DNA of 64,000 nucleotides from an uncultured delta proteobacterium (GTDB lineage: Bacteria; Myxococcota; B64-G9): NCBI GenBank assembly GCA_963754925.1, contig CAVWHX010000004.1, forward strand, positions 1,056,001 to 1,120,000, given 5' to 3'. Below the pieces are notes generated by a model. It was given only the letters and a program-made list of their open reading frames with translations, searched no databases and was not told the DNA's origin. Each line of letters starts with the position of its first letter. The first letter of the stretch is position 1. Below are positions 27,903 through 37,683 of the stretch, one piece after another. The position numbers were made by a program, and so were the translations under genes.

Positions 27903-30896
27903 CTAGGGGCAGTCGGTATCAGGGGGATTGGTGCATCCGCTCGGGCAACAACCATCGCCGGGCAGACATTCCGTGATCGTTACATTGCTGCAGCCGGAGC
28001 TTGGGTCGCAACTATCGGTTGTGCAAACGTTTCCATCGTCGCAATTCTGGACACTACCTGTGGTGCAGGTTCCAGCCTGGCAGGTCATAGGTGTCCATAA
28101 CAAAGCATTGCATGAAGACCCACAGTCGGTGCCGTCAGTTTGGGTCGGATTCGAGCATACGCCGGTGCTTGTGTCGCACGTTCCCGCTACGTGACACTGA
28201 TCCAGTGCCGTGCACACTACCGGGTTTGAGCCCGTGCAGATACCGGACTGACAGGTGTCGGTCTGGGTGCAGGCGTTACCGTCGTTGCAACTGGTGTTGT
28301 CAGGTTGGTTCGGGTTGGAGCATACGCCGGTGGATGGGTTGCACGTTCCCGCCGTGTGACATTGATCCGATGCCGTGCACACTACCGGGTTTGAGCCCGT
28401 ACAGATGCCGGACTGACAGGTGTCGGTCTGGGTGCAGGCGTTACCGTCGTTGCAACTGGTGCCGTTGGTCTGATTCGGATTCGAGCACACGCCGGTGGAT
28501 GGGTTGCACGTTCCCGCCGTGTGACATTGATCCGATGCCGTGCACACTACCGGGTTTGAGCCCGTACAGATGCCGGACTGACAGGTGTCGGTCTGGGTGC
28601 AGGCGTTACCGTCGTTGCAACTGGTGCCGTTGGTCTGATTCGGATTCGAGCACACGCCGGTGGATGGGTTGCACGTTCCCGCCGTGTGACATTGATCCGA
28701 TGCCGTGCACACTACCGGGTTTGAGCCCGTACAGATGCCGGACTGACAGGTGTCGGTCTGGGTGCAGGCGTTACCGTCGTTGCAAGCGGTGCCGTTGGTT
28801 TGATTCGGGTTCGAGCAAGTGCCGGTGGATGGGTTGCAGGTTCCCGCCACGTGACACTGATCCGATGCCGTGCACACTACCGGGTTTGAGCCCGTGCAGG
28901 TACCGGACTGACAGGTGTCGGTCTGGGTGCAGGCGTTACCGTCATTGCAAGCGGTGCCGTTGGTTTGATTCGGGTTCGAGCAAGTGCCGGTGGACGGGTT
29001 GCAGGTTCCTGCTGTGTGACATTGATCCGATGCCGTGCACACTACCGGGTTTGAGCCCGTGCAGGTACCGGACTGACAGGTGTCAGTCTGGGTACAGGCG
29101 TTACCGTCGTTGCAAGCGGTGCCGTTGGTTTTAGTAGGATTCGAGCACACGCCGGTGGATGGATTGCACGTTCCTGCCGTGTGACATTGATCCGATGCCG
29201 TGCACACTACCGGGTTTGAGCCCGTGCAGGTACCGGACTGACAGGTGTCGGTCTGGGTGCAGGCGTCACCGTCGTTGCAAGCGGTGCCGTTGGTCTGATT
29301 CGGGTTCGAGCACACGCCGGTGGATGGATTACACGTTCCTGCCGTGTGACACTGATCCGATGCCGTGCACACTACCGGGTTTGAGCCCGTGCAGGTACCG
29401 GACTGACAGGTGTCGGTCTGGGTGCAGGCATCGCCGTCGTTGCAAGCGGTGCCGTTGGTCTGATTCGGGTTCGAGCACACGCCGGTGGATGGGTTGCAGG
29501 TTCCTGCCGTGTGACATTGATCCGATGCCGTGCACACTACCGGGTTTGAGCCCGTGCAGATACCGGACTGGCAGGTGTCAGTTTGGGTGCAGGCATTGCC
29601 GTCGTTGCAAGCGGTGCCGTCGTTTACTGGTGGGTATACGCATTTAGCCGTGCAGGTGCCGGCGCCTTGAAGCGTCGCGGTATGGCAGGAGTCGGGAGGC
29701 GTGCAGCTCGTCGGGCATGCGCCTTGTTGACCCGTGGAGATTAAGGTGTCGCAGGTCTCAGTACCCGAAACACAACCGTCGCCGCAGACAGTACTACAAT
29801 CGTTGTCATCGCACGGGGTACAACCGCTTGGGCAACATCCGTCACCGTTGGCACAGGCCGTTATCAGCGTATTTACGCATTGAGTCGTGCAAGCGCTGCC
29901 CTGAAGCGCCGAAGTATGGCAGGAGTCGGGAGGCGTGCAGCTGGTCGGGCATGCACCCGGGTTTCCCGCTGTGATTTCAGTGTCGCAGGTTTCGCATGCT
30001 GATTCAACAGTACCGTCGCCGCATTCGTCGAGACAAACGCAATCGGAGTCGGTGTTTTTATTACATTCAGGAGTCGGACAGCAACCATCGCCGTTGACGC
30101 AGGTTGTGATAGGAGTGATCACGCACTGGGCTTGGCAGGCGGTGCCTTGGAGCGTTGAAGGGTGGCAGCCATCAACAGCTGTGCAACTGGTCGGGCAAGC
30201 GCCTGGCTGGCCCGCCGCAATCGCCGTGTCGCAATTCTCCGGGGGCACCACGATGCCATCGCCGCAAACGGCGCTCGCGGTGAAATCATTTCCGGTTGAA
30301 TCTGTATCGCCCAGGATGACGCTATGAACGGTCGGCGAGAATGAATAACCGTTTTTACTCGGCGTCACGGTGTAGGTGCCGCTTAACAGACCGCTAAAAC
30401 TATAGTTGCCGTTTGCATCCGTGGTTGTGTTGGCCGTCAATCCTCCGCTGAGGGCGATACTGACCAGTGCAGCCGTGTCGCCGCTTACGGTTCCGGAGAT
30501 GGTGTGTTGGACCACCTGCCACATAGTTATGGATACATTAACCGTTTTGCCTTTGAGAATGGTGACATTGTCTGTCTCACCTGTCCAGTGCACAACACTA
30601 TTAGAATCGGCGGCCTCTACTGAAAACGTCCTTCCGGTGCCGGCCGGTATGCCTTCTATCGTTCCTTGGAGGTTTTCATAGGGAAATTGAGCCTGAACGG
30701 ATTTCATTCCCGGCGCGCTCACGGTTACAAAGACTGTTTCAATGCCGCTCAACTCCCCCTGAAGGTCCCGGGCTTGCTGGGGGATGTTCCACTGTAGTTC
30801 CACCGCCGCGCTGCCGGTGTCAGTTTCCGAGCCGCATGAGGCCAAAAAGCCCACAGCCAACCAAGCTACCAGGATTGAGTGACAGAATGTTCGCAT
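27903..30896 (-). CDS. Large Cys-rich surface lipoprotein (Ig-like/carboxypeptidase-regulatory-like domains + Cys-rich repeats)
   Basis: Lipobox FLASC, T.TDANGNYSFSGL..GTYTVTP domain, CGDG/GDGCCP modules and nine 55-aa repeats. Confidence 0.85.
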   Translation of the reverse strand: MRTFCHSILVAWLAVGFLASCGSETDTGSAAVELQWNIPQQARDLQGELSGIETVFVTVSAPGMKSVQAQFPYENLQGTIEGIPAGTGRTFSVEAADSNSVVHWTGETDNVTILKGKTVNVSITMWQVVQHTISGTVSGDTAALVSIALSGGLTANTTTDANGNYSFSGLLSGTYTVTPSKNGYSFSPTVHSVILGDTDSTGNDFTASAVCGDGIVVPPENCDTAIAAGQPGACPTSCTAVDGCHPSTLQGTACQAQCVITPITTCVNGDGCCPTPECNKNTDSDCVCLDECGDGTVESACETCDTEITAGNPGACPTSCTPPDSCHTSALQGSACTTQCVNTLITACANGDGCCPSGCTPCDDNDCSTVCGDGCVSGTETCDTLISTGQQGACPTSCTPPDSCHTATLQGAGTCTAKCVYPPVNDGTACNDGNACTQTDTCQSGICTGSNPVVCTASDQCHTAGTCNPSTGVCSNPNQTNGTACNDGDACTQTDTCQSGTCTGSNPVVCTASDQCHTAGTCNPSTGVCSNPNQTNGTACNDGDACTQTDTCQSGTCTGSNPVVCTASDQCHTAGTCNPSTGVCSNPTKTNGTACNDGNACTQTDTCQSGTCTGSNPVVCTASDQCHTAGTCNPSTGTCSNPNQTNGTACNDGNACTQTDTCQSGTCTGSNPVVCTASDQCHVAGTCNPSTGTCSNPNQTNGTACNDGNACTQTDTCQSGICTGSNPVVCTASDQCHTAGTCNPSTGVCSNPNQTNGTSCNDGNACTQTDTCQSGICTGSNPVVCTASDQCHTAGTCNPSTGVCSNPNQTNGTSCNDGNACTQTDTCQSGICTGSNPVVCTASDQCHTAGTCNPSTGVCSNPNQPDNTSCNDGNACTQTDTCQSGICTGSNPVVCTALDQCHVAGTCDTSTGVCSNPTQTDGTDCGSSCNALLWTPMTCQAGTCTTGSVQNCDDGNVCTTDSCDPSSGCSNVTITECLPGDGCCPSGCTNPPDTDCP
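28130..29620. repeat. Nine tandem 165-bp coding repeats
   Basis: GTCTGGGTGCAGGC-like anchor recurs every 165 nt from 28261 to 29581. The unit is TACNDGNACTQTDTCQSGxCTGSNPVVCTASDQCHTAGTCNPSTGVCSNPNQTNG. Boundaries are approximate. Confidence 0.95.
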
Positions 30897-31075
30897 AATA
30901 CGCTCCTCTTAATTCATCTTAAAATGAATAACTCTATTTTTCGTTTAGTTCACGACACATTTGGCAAATTTGTACTTGATCACAGGATCACCGCGCGCCA
31001 GCGTATCCCCTCGCCAGCCGACTTTCTGTGATACGTTACTGATTATCTTGTCCGAAGGTTATAAAGTCAAGTTGG

Positions 31076-31933
31076 CTACCCGGGAACATTCAAACAGATC
31101 GGACGCCCCGGGACGACACGGCCGTCGCGTTCCGCCAAAGCGCACGCCGCCATTTTCGGATCGTGCTCGAAGGCCAGAATCCAATTCTCCTCAAGCGCCT
31201 GGGCGAGCAGCAGCCTCTTCTCGTCCACCGTTTGCACCGGTCGGTGATCATAGGCTGCGAGGTACGGCAGGTGAATGTGGGCGGCGGTTGGAATGAGATC
31301 CGCACAGAAAACCAATGCCCCGCTCCCCTGGCCGATAATCACTATCTGGTGGCCGGGGGTGTGACCGGCGGTTGCCTGAACGCGCACACCGGGAGCGATC
31401 TCGCAATCGCCCGTCATCAATTGCAGCCGCAGGTAATCCTCAAAGCATGCCACATCGTCGGGGAGAAAACCGTCTTCATCGAAGATGCTTGGGTTGCGTG
31501 CCCAGTCGAGCGCCTCTTGCTGGACATGGACGGTTGCCCGCGGAAACGTCGGTAACAGGTGGCCCGCCGGATCGAGCTGAAACAACCCGCCGACATGATC
31601 AAAGTGCAAGTGGGTGGCTATCACGTCGGTAATGCTCTCAACGCTGACGTGGCAGCGCGCGAGCGCCTTCACCAACCCCACCGGAGGAGCCGTTTGTTGG
31701 TACAGCGCGCGCTGCGTGTCGGTCAGACGATCGCCAATCCCGCAGTCGATCAGTATGCGCCGCTCGTCGCCTAGCAGGAGCAACGAACGCGCCGCCAGGG
31801 TTATACGGTTGTATTCGTCGGGTTCTTGGTACGATGCCCATACCGTGCGCGGAGTAATCCCGAACATCGTACCGCCGTCAAGCGCGAATGTGCTCTCACA
31901 TACCGCCAGTACCTTCCATCCGCCAATCTTCAT
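31076..31933 (-). CDS. MBL-fold metallo-hydrolase (YtnP-like)
   Basis: LDGGTMFG, THLHFDHVGG, GHTPGH, ADL and FEHD. Confidence 0.9.
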   Translation of the reverse strand: MKIGGWKVLAVCESTFALDGGTMFGITPRTVWASYQEPDEYNRITLAARSLLLLGDERRILIDCGIGDRLTDTQRALYQQTAPPVGLVKALARCHVSVESITDVIATHLHFDHVGGLFQLDPAGHLLPTFPRATVHVQQEALDWARNPSIFDEDGFLPDDVACFEDYLRLQLMTGDCEIAPGVRVQATAGHTPGHQIVIIGQGSGALVFCADLIPTAAHIHLPYLAAYDHRPVQTVDEKRLLLAQALEENWILAFEHDPKMAACALAERDGRVVPGRPICLNVPG

Positions 31934-31941
31934 CGTAGGGG

Positions 31942-32217
31942 CTACAACTTGCCTTTGAGCTCCTTGGCCGGGCGGAACCCAACGGTTTTGGATGCTTTGA
32001 TACGGATCGGTGCGCCTGTTTTTGGATTGCGGCCATTACGGGCTTTGCGGGTGCGTACGGTCCAGGTGCCGAAGCCAGGATAGCTGAATCGGCGCTCCTT
32101 CCTGACGGCCTTCTGAATGTGCGAGAAGACCGCGTCAACGAGCTCACTGGTTGATTTTTTTGATAGGCCCCAGGGGTTGTCACGGGAAATGAAGTTGATC
32201 AAATCCTGCTTCGTCAT
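31942..32217 (-). CDS. hup: HU family DNA-binding protein
   Basis: MTKQDLI...GFGTW...RKARNGRNPKTG..I.IKASKTVGFRPAKELK. Confidence 0.95.
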   Translation of the reverse strand: MTKQDLINFISRDNPWGLSKKSTSELVDAVFSHIQKAVRKERRFSYPGFGTWTVRTRKARNGRNPKTGAPIRIKASKTVGFRPAKELKGKL

Positions 32218-32321
32218 GTCGCATCCTCCTCAGATACGTCTGATAATAGTTTAAGAATTTCTAACAGATGAGAACCTCCAATGTCAACCTGGATCCAACC
32301 GTCATCGCATTTTTAATTTGC

Positions 32322-33879
32322 TCAAGGGGCGCTCGCTGGGTGTTCCTCGCCCTGCTTCCGCTGGGTATCAGTCACCGTTTTTGGTGGCGGCTTGGCGGTG
32401 GCGTGTGGTGTTCCTTCTTCCGGAATCTGTACGGGCGTGCCGCAGGGTCGGATGGGAACAATCAGGGCGCGACCGGCCCGTACCCGGCGGGGATTGGTAA
32501 GATGATTGGCGCTCATCAACGCCTCGAACCGACGTGTGGGTTGCGCGGGCTATGTGGCCGAGAGTTTCGCCTGAATGCACCATGTATTTGGTAAACGTTA
32601 CCTGATTGTCACGGACCGTCGGATGATAGAGCTTGCGGAATTGCTCGGTGGAGCCTTTGGGGATGCGCAGGCGGTACGACTTCACATACGGCGGACTGCA
32701 CCAGAAACGCAATTCGGGATTGAGCTCCTTCATGACGTCAAGGCTTACCCCAACCGCTTTCGCTGCGGCCTTGAGATCGGCCATGCCGGTGACATCGACT
32801 TCGTCCCATTCGATGGGATCAAGATAGTTGATGTCACTAAACCCAAACTGCTCTGGATTCTTCTGAATCATGGCGGCGGCGATGATCTTGGGAACATACC
32901 AACGCGTCTCGTTGGCGAGTTGGCCGATTTCGGCCAGCTCCCAAAAATCTTGGCACCCCGAACGCTCCATGGCCCGGGTGACGCCGTATTCACCCGCGTT
33001 ATAGGCGGCCCAAGCCAGGTACCAATCGCCGAATTTTTTATAGAGATCTTTGAGGTGTCGGGCGGCCGCCTCGGTGGCTTTCACCATATCGCGGCGTTCG
33101 TCGATCCAGAAATCGCTTTTGAGACCGTAGAGCTTTCCGGTGGCCTGAATGAATTGCCAGGGACCGCTGGCACGCGCCCGCGAGAACGCGCTATAGCTGA
33201 GTCCGCTTTCGATTAAAGCGACCGACACGAGATCTTTCGGCAGATCATGTTGTACCAGGATTTGCTGCATGAGGGGGTAGTACCGCGTGGTGCGCCCCAA
33301 CCAGATTTGAAACGGCGCACGGCCCCCGGTCTGCAAGAAATTGATCAACTTAAGCACTGATTCGTTCAATACCACGGGGATGTCAAAGCCAAACAGCGCG
33401 CGACCGGCAGCGGCCCGAGCGATGCCTGCGCCCGGATGAGGTCTGCCGGATTCAATCCCCGCGCTACTGAGCTCATAGAGAAGCTGCACTCCGTGCATGA
33501 CCAGCGTGTGGCGGGCGCCCTCTCCACCTTCAATCGGCGAAAAGTCCGCGCGCGCGGGCAACGTCCAGGTGGCCGAGGTTAACGCTGCTTGCTCAGCCGT
33601 GCGCATCTGGGCCAGTTCCTGACTTTCGTTATCGGGTGAGGCTCCCTCGGTCAATTCGGTCGCCGGCGGGATTTCTTCAGGCGTTCCGTTAACGGATGCC
33701 GGCGGTGGCGTACTTTCAGGCGCCGGTTTGTCAGCGGAAGGTGCGGCCGGGCCTTGCGGCGCGCCGTTCTCGGATTGAGCCACGAGAAGAGGCGCACGCC
33801 CGATGGTCCACCACAGCAGCACCCAGGCGAGTCCGATAGTCATGGGCGGCAGTCTAGACAGCTTATCGCGTAAAAGCAA
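32322..33879 (-). CDS. mltD: MltD-like lytic transglycosylase with LysM domains (frameshift near 32525)
   Basis: ALIESG, ASGPWQFI, AAYNAGE and ETRWYVPK. The second LysM (VHSGETLGHIA...) is completed in the other frame (ALMSANHLTNPRRVRAGRALIVP). Confidence 0.85.
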
Positions 33880-33950
33880 TTGTAACCGTTCATTTGAGGA
33901 TCTGATGAGATTCGTTGCACGGTGCCCGTGCGCCGGGTAGAATACGCCCC

Positions 33951-34952
33951 ATGCTCATTGGACAGCTACTCATTGAACCAGCCGTATTCCTGGCTCCGCT
34001 GGCGGGAGTGAGCGAGTCACCGTTTCGGCGGCTCGCGCGCGAGCTCGGCTGCGGCTCCGTCGTGACGGAGATGACTTCGGCCGAGGGACTGCGCCGCGGC
34101 CAAGCGGGTTCCGTGGCCTTGCTGCGCTACGCCCCGGACGAGCATCCGATCTTCGCCCAACTTTTCGGCAACGAGCCTACCGCCCTGGCCGAGGCGGCGC
34201 GGATATGCGAACGACGTGGCTTCGATGGAATCGATATCAACATGGGCTGTCCGGTTCCTAAGGTCGTTCGGAACGGCGCCGGGGCCGCACTTATGCGAAC
34301 GCCCAAACTGGCGGCGGCCATTGTCAGCGCGGTTAAACGGGCCGTGGCTCTTCCGGTGACGGTGAAAATGCGCGCGGGTTGGTCGGAGCGCGAGATCACG
34401 GTCGTACCGTTTTCGCGTTACCTCGAACAAGCTGGGGCCGACGCGCTGATTGTGCACCCGCGCGCCCGATCCCAGGGGTACGGCGGCCGGGCGGACTGGT
34501 CATTAATTACCAAGGTGGTTCAGGCAGTTGCAATGCCGGTCATCGGTAATGGCGATCTGCACACAGCAGCCGATGGCGCGCGGATGCGTGAGCAAACGGG
34601 CTGCGCCGGCATCATGATCGGCCGGGCGGCGCTCGGCAATCCCTGGCTGTTTGGGGCGCTTATGGGGCGATCGTACCCGCCTGAACCGCATGAGCGCCAA
34701 CGGGTATTCGAACGGCATCTGCAGCTGCAGATCGAGTACCTTGGTTCGGAGAGCAAAGCCGTGTATACCATGCGCAAGCATCTGATCTGGTACTCACGCG
34801 GCTTACCGGGCGCCAGCGCATTGCGCCGCGAATTGGGGAGGCTTCTCACACCCTCCCAACTGAGAGCTGCCTTCGCCAAGCTCCTCTCTAGTGAACATCC
34901 TCTCTTGCCCACAACGACGGCGGACGCAGCGAGGTTTTCTGAGTCATGTTGA
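33951..34952 (+). CDS. dusB: tRNA-dihydrouridine synthase B
   Basis: LAPLAGVS, DINMGCPVPKV, VKMRAGW, GNGD and GRAALGNPW. Confidence 0.93.
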   Translation: MLIGQLLIEPAVFLAPLAGVSESPFRRLARELGCGSVVTEMTSAEGLRRGQAGSVALLRYAPDEHPIFAQLFGNEPTALAEAARICERRGFDGIDINMGCPVPKVVRNGAGAALMRTPKLAAAIVSAVKRAVALPVTVKMRAGWSEREITVVPFSRYLEQAGADALIVHPRARSQGYGGRADWSLITKVVQAVAMPVIGNGDLHTAADGARMREQTGCAGIMIGRAALGNPWLFGALMGRSYPPEPHERQRVFERHLQLQIEYLGSESKAVYTMRKHLIWYSRGLPGASALRRELGRLLTPSQLRAAFAKLLSSEHPLLPTTTADAARFSESC

Positions 34953-35677
34953 GAAATCTACTCAAGGAGAGCGTGATCCCCTTTCTCAAGACCAAATTGC
35001 AGGGTGTGCTCGGCGATCCACCGGAGCTCATTAAAATGCGCGCCGAGCTTACGCGCGTGCGGGAGGCAGATCTCAAAATTCAGAACGATATGCAGGCCGA
35101 GCTTGAGAAGACGCGCGATGAACGCTTGCAGTGGATGGCGAAAGAGTCGTCGGTTCGCAAGGAATTGCAGGATGCCCAGGAGCGATCCAAGGACCTGCTT
35201 GAGCAGGTTGTGCGGCTGACCCACCAGCAGCGCCAAGCCAAGCAGTCATTGATTAACGAGCAATTCAAGGCTATCACCTCGCCGCTGGAGCGCAACCGCT
35301 ACGAAATTGAGATAGCCGAGGCCCGCGGCAAGATCAAGCGCGCCGAGGAGCGCGCGCAGCGAGCGGAGGAGCGTCTCGCGCTGATGCCCAAGCTCGAAGA
35401 AGAGGCCGCGCGGGCCAAGGCCTTAGATCAGGAGCTTTGTTGGACCAAAGAGCAAGCCGCGCAAAAACATGCGGCGCTCACGGCTGCACTGGAACGGGTT
35501 AAGTATTTCGAAGCGCACGTCACCGAGCTCGAACAGGCGGCCGCGCCACGAACGAAACGGCCATACGGTAAACCGGCGCTGCGTAAGGCCAGTAAGCGCC
35601 AGGCAGAAACCTTCAACGCCGCCGCGCTGAAATCTCATAAAACTACAAGTCCTGGATCCCCGCCTGCGCGGGGATGA
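34946..35677 (+). CDS. Coiled-coil hypothetical protein
   Basis: 243-aa E/K/R/Q/A-rich helical ORF overlapping the dusB stop. Confidence 0.7.
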   Translation: MLRNLLKESVIPFLKTKLQGVLGDPPELIKMRAELTRVREADLKIQNDMQAELEKTRDERLQWMAKESSVRKELQDAQERSKDLLEQVVRLTHQQRQAKQSLINEQFKAITSPLERNRYEIEIAEARGKIKRAEERAQRAEERLALMPKLEEEAARAKALDQELCWTKEQAAQKHAALTAALERVKYFEAHVTELEQAAAPRTKRPYGKPALRKASKRQAETFNAAALKSHKTTSPGSPPARG

Positions 35678-35735
35678 CAAACATTATCTGTGACAATGCG
35701 TCATATCGGTCATTCCCGCGCACGCGGGAATCCAG
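35652..35735. repeat. Inverted pair of GTCATTCCCGCG-type REP/dRS3-like palindromes
   Basis: CTGGATCCCCGCCTGCGCGGGGATGAC (35652-35678) and GTCATTCCCGCGCACGCGGGAATCCAG (35709-35735). Each is a hairpin and the two are mutually inverted, between convergent genes. Confidence 0.85.
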
Positions 35736-35757
35736 TATGGGCATCATTAAAAAGAAA

Positions 35758-36225
35758 TCAGTGACGGGTTCTGGGTTTATTTTTTATGTAGAAACGGTCG
35801 ATCAGACTAGCCACGCCCGGGATGGCCTGTTGAACGTTGTCGAGGGCCAACGGCCGTAGGCGATAATACCCGCTTTTTAAGGTGGCGCTCGTGCTCTTCT
35901 CTGCCCGGCGGTCGGTAATCGCCAAGAGAGCCTCGGCAACGGACCGGGCATGATCGTTAAGATGAACGCCGAACGAGATACCGTTGGTCTTCTCGAAGTC
36001 GGCATGGAACGGATCGAGGGCTGAGAGAAACTCGTCAAACAATCGGGAGATAACGTCGGGCACGATGCCCGGTTTGACGGCTTTAAGAATGTTGTAACCA
36101 GTTTTTATGGCAAAACCGGAAAGGCCGGATTTTCTGCCGACCTCATGGTCGAGCAACTGACAGCAGGCCTCGATAATCTCACCACGACGTTTTGGGAGGG
36201 GCAGTTTCTTGCTCAGTGCGACCAC
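35758..36225 (-). CDS. Conserved hypothetical protein (DUF6918-like)
   Basis: CQLLDHEVGRKSGLSGFAIKTGY..LKAVKPG...VAEALLAITDRRA...YYRLRP, recognised from memory. GTG 36225 is the assumed start. Confidence 0.6.
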   Translation of the reverse strand: MVALSKKLPLPKRRGEIIEACCQLLDHEVGRKSGLSGFAIKTGYNILKAVKPGIVPDVISRLFDEFLSALDPFHADFEKTNGISFGVHLNDHARSVAEALLAITDRRAEKSTSATLKSGYYRLRPLALDNVQQAIPGVASLIDRFYIKNKPRTRH

Positions 36226-36232
36226 GGGAGGA

Positions 36233-36499
36233 CTACTCGGTATCCGCAGGTTCGTCACTGCCGACTGGTACCAAGCCGGCGGGTTCCTCGGAATCCTCCG
36301 AGTTGTCGGACGCACCGGCAGTGATGCCGATCAACTGCTGTTCAGGTTCAGGCGCTGCGGGGCACTGCTTGATCTTGTCCTTGTGCGCGGCAGCCCAGCG
36401 CTCGGCTTCGCGACTTTTAGTGTAAGATTTCTCACGGCGCTTTTTTTCTTCCGCGATCATCTTATCTAACCAATCGGCAGTTAACTTCTTAGCGGCCAT
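36233..36499 (-). CDS. Small hypothetical protein
   Basis: 88 aa with strong SD AAGGAGG, charged helix and acidic tail. Confidence 0.65.
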   Translation of the reverse strand: MAAKKLTADWLDKMIAEEKKRREKSYTKSREAERWAAAHKDKIKQCPAAPEPEQQLIGITAGASDNSEDSEEPAGLVPVGSDEPADTE

Positions 36500-36645
36500 G
36501 CTACCTCCTTATCGATTACCCTTTCTTATAATGCAAGCATGCTCTTGAGGCACCGGTCGTGCCGCTACTATCATGCGTATAGCATATCACTGCTTGCCTT
36601 CGCGCTTCAACCTGTTGCTGCCGATCTCACGGTCTGGTCCTCGGC

Positions 36646-37545
36646 TCAAGCGTTCTGAGATTTATTTTGCACTAATTGTTCGTACGTGTCGATACCGGCG
36701 GCGCTCAGGCGCACACCGGCAATCCGTGAACGCTCCGTATTATGAAACGTCATCGCCAGCGCTCCGCGCTCATTAAGATAAAACAAATCCGGCGTAATAT
36801 TAACCTCGCCCAGCAGGTCCCGAATGCGGCGTTGTAACTCGCCGACAGGCATTTCTTGAAACGCCTGCTCCTTAAAATGACGGTAGAGCACCTCGCAGAT
36901 ACTCTCACGCAGCGGCGGATCGAACGCCGGCCGCGTGCGAACCGAAAACAGCGGACCAGGAAACGAAATAACATGGAGCCCCACGGTGCGATTGATCAAC
37001 GCGCCGAAAGCTGTCCACAGCGCGAGTAGCCCAAGGGTGATGGTAAGTATGGCGATCGGCAGATTGAGCGCCTGGCTGCCGGTTGCGTGGTTAATTATTC
37101 TGAGGATGAAGAGCAGGTCGAGGTTGATGAGAAGGCCGACGAGGAGCGTACTGATATAGCCAACCCCATACGTCAATACCAGCAAAACCACGAGCAACGC
37201 CGATTCAGTCGCGAGCATGATGGTGGCATCCGGTCCCTGGCCAGCCGCCAGCGCATGCAGAATCCACGAATCCATCAATCCGATGAACGAGAACACCGTC
37301 AGTACTACGCCGCTCAAGAGATTTTTATTGGCGAAGTTCATGATTCCGGCCAAGAACTGGCACGCAACACCAAACAGCAGGCACATCATTGCCGCAGTCC
37401 GCAGGCCAATGGGTGTCAGCGCCGCGCCGAAGGCGATCGGCATTTGGGCCGCGCAACTTACCGCAAGACCAATGTATCCTAGGGGTGTTGGATCGACGAA
37501 AATAGGCTTCTTGACGGGAGTTCCCGGGTCACTGTGTCCAATCAT
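36646..37545 (-). CDS. GPR1/FUN34/YaaH (SatP) family acetate transporter with soluble C-terminal extension
   Basis: DPTPLGYIGLA (compare NPAPLGL), FGVACQFLAG, 6 TMs and about 95 hydrophilic C-terminal residues. Confidence 0.75.
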   Translation of the reverse strand: MIGHSDPGTPVKKPIFVDPTPLGYIGLAVSCAAQMPIAFGAALTPIGLRTAAMMCLLFGVACQFLAGIMNFANKNLLSGVVLTVFSFIGLMDSWILHALAAGQGPDATIMLATESALLVVLLVLTYGVGYISTLLVGLLINLDLLFILRIINHATGSQALNLPIAILTITLGLLALWTAFGALINRTVGLHVISFPGPLFSVRTRPAFDPPLRESICEVLYRHFKEQAFQEMPVGELQRRIRDLLGEVNITPDLFYLNERGALAMTFHNTERSRIAGVRLSAAGIDTYEQLVQNKSQNA

Positions 37546-37683
37546 GATGTCACCTCATGAAGCGCCTGCGTGCGTACCGCGCCTCAGGCGAGGAACGCAC
37601 ATCGTGTGCTGCCGTGTAACGATGAACAATGCCTACCAGTCTACCGTAACTGAACTCCACGGCGAGTGCAATGCAAAGAGACG

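Noticed and set aside
28130..29620. CRISPR array
   Set aside because: The repeats are 165-bp in-frame coding units with no unique spacers, and there are no cas genes.
28091..29647. Plus-strand repetitive ORFs (347 and 162 aa)
   Set aside because: They are antisense shadows of the Cys-rich lipoprotein repeats.
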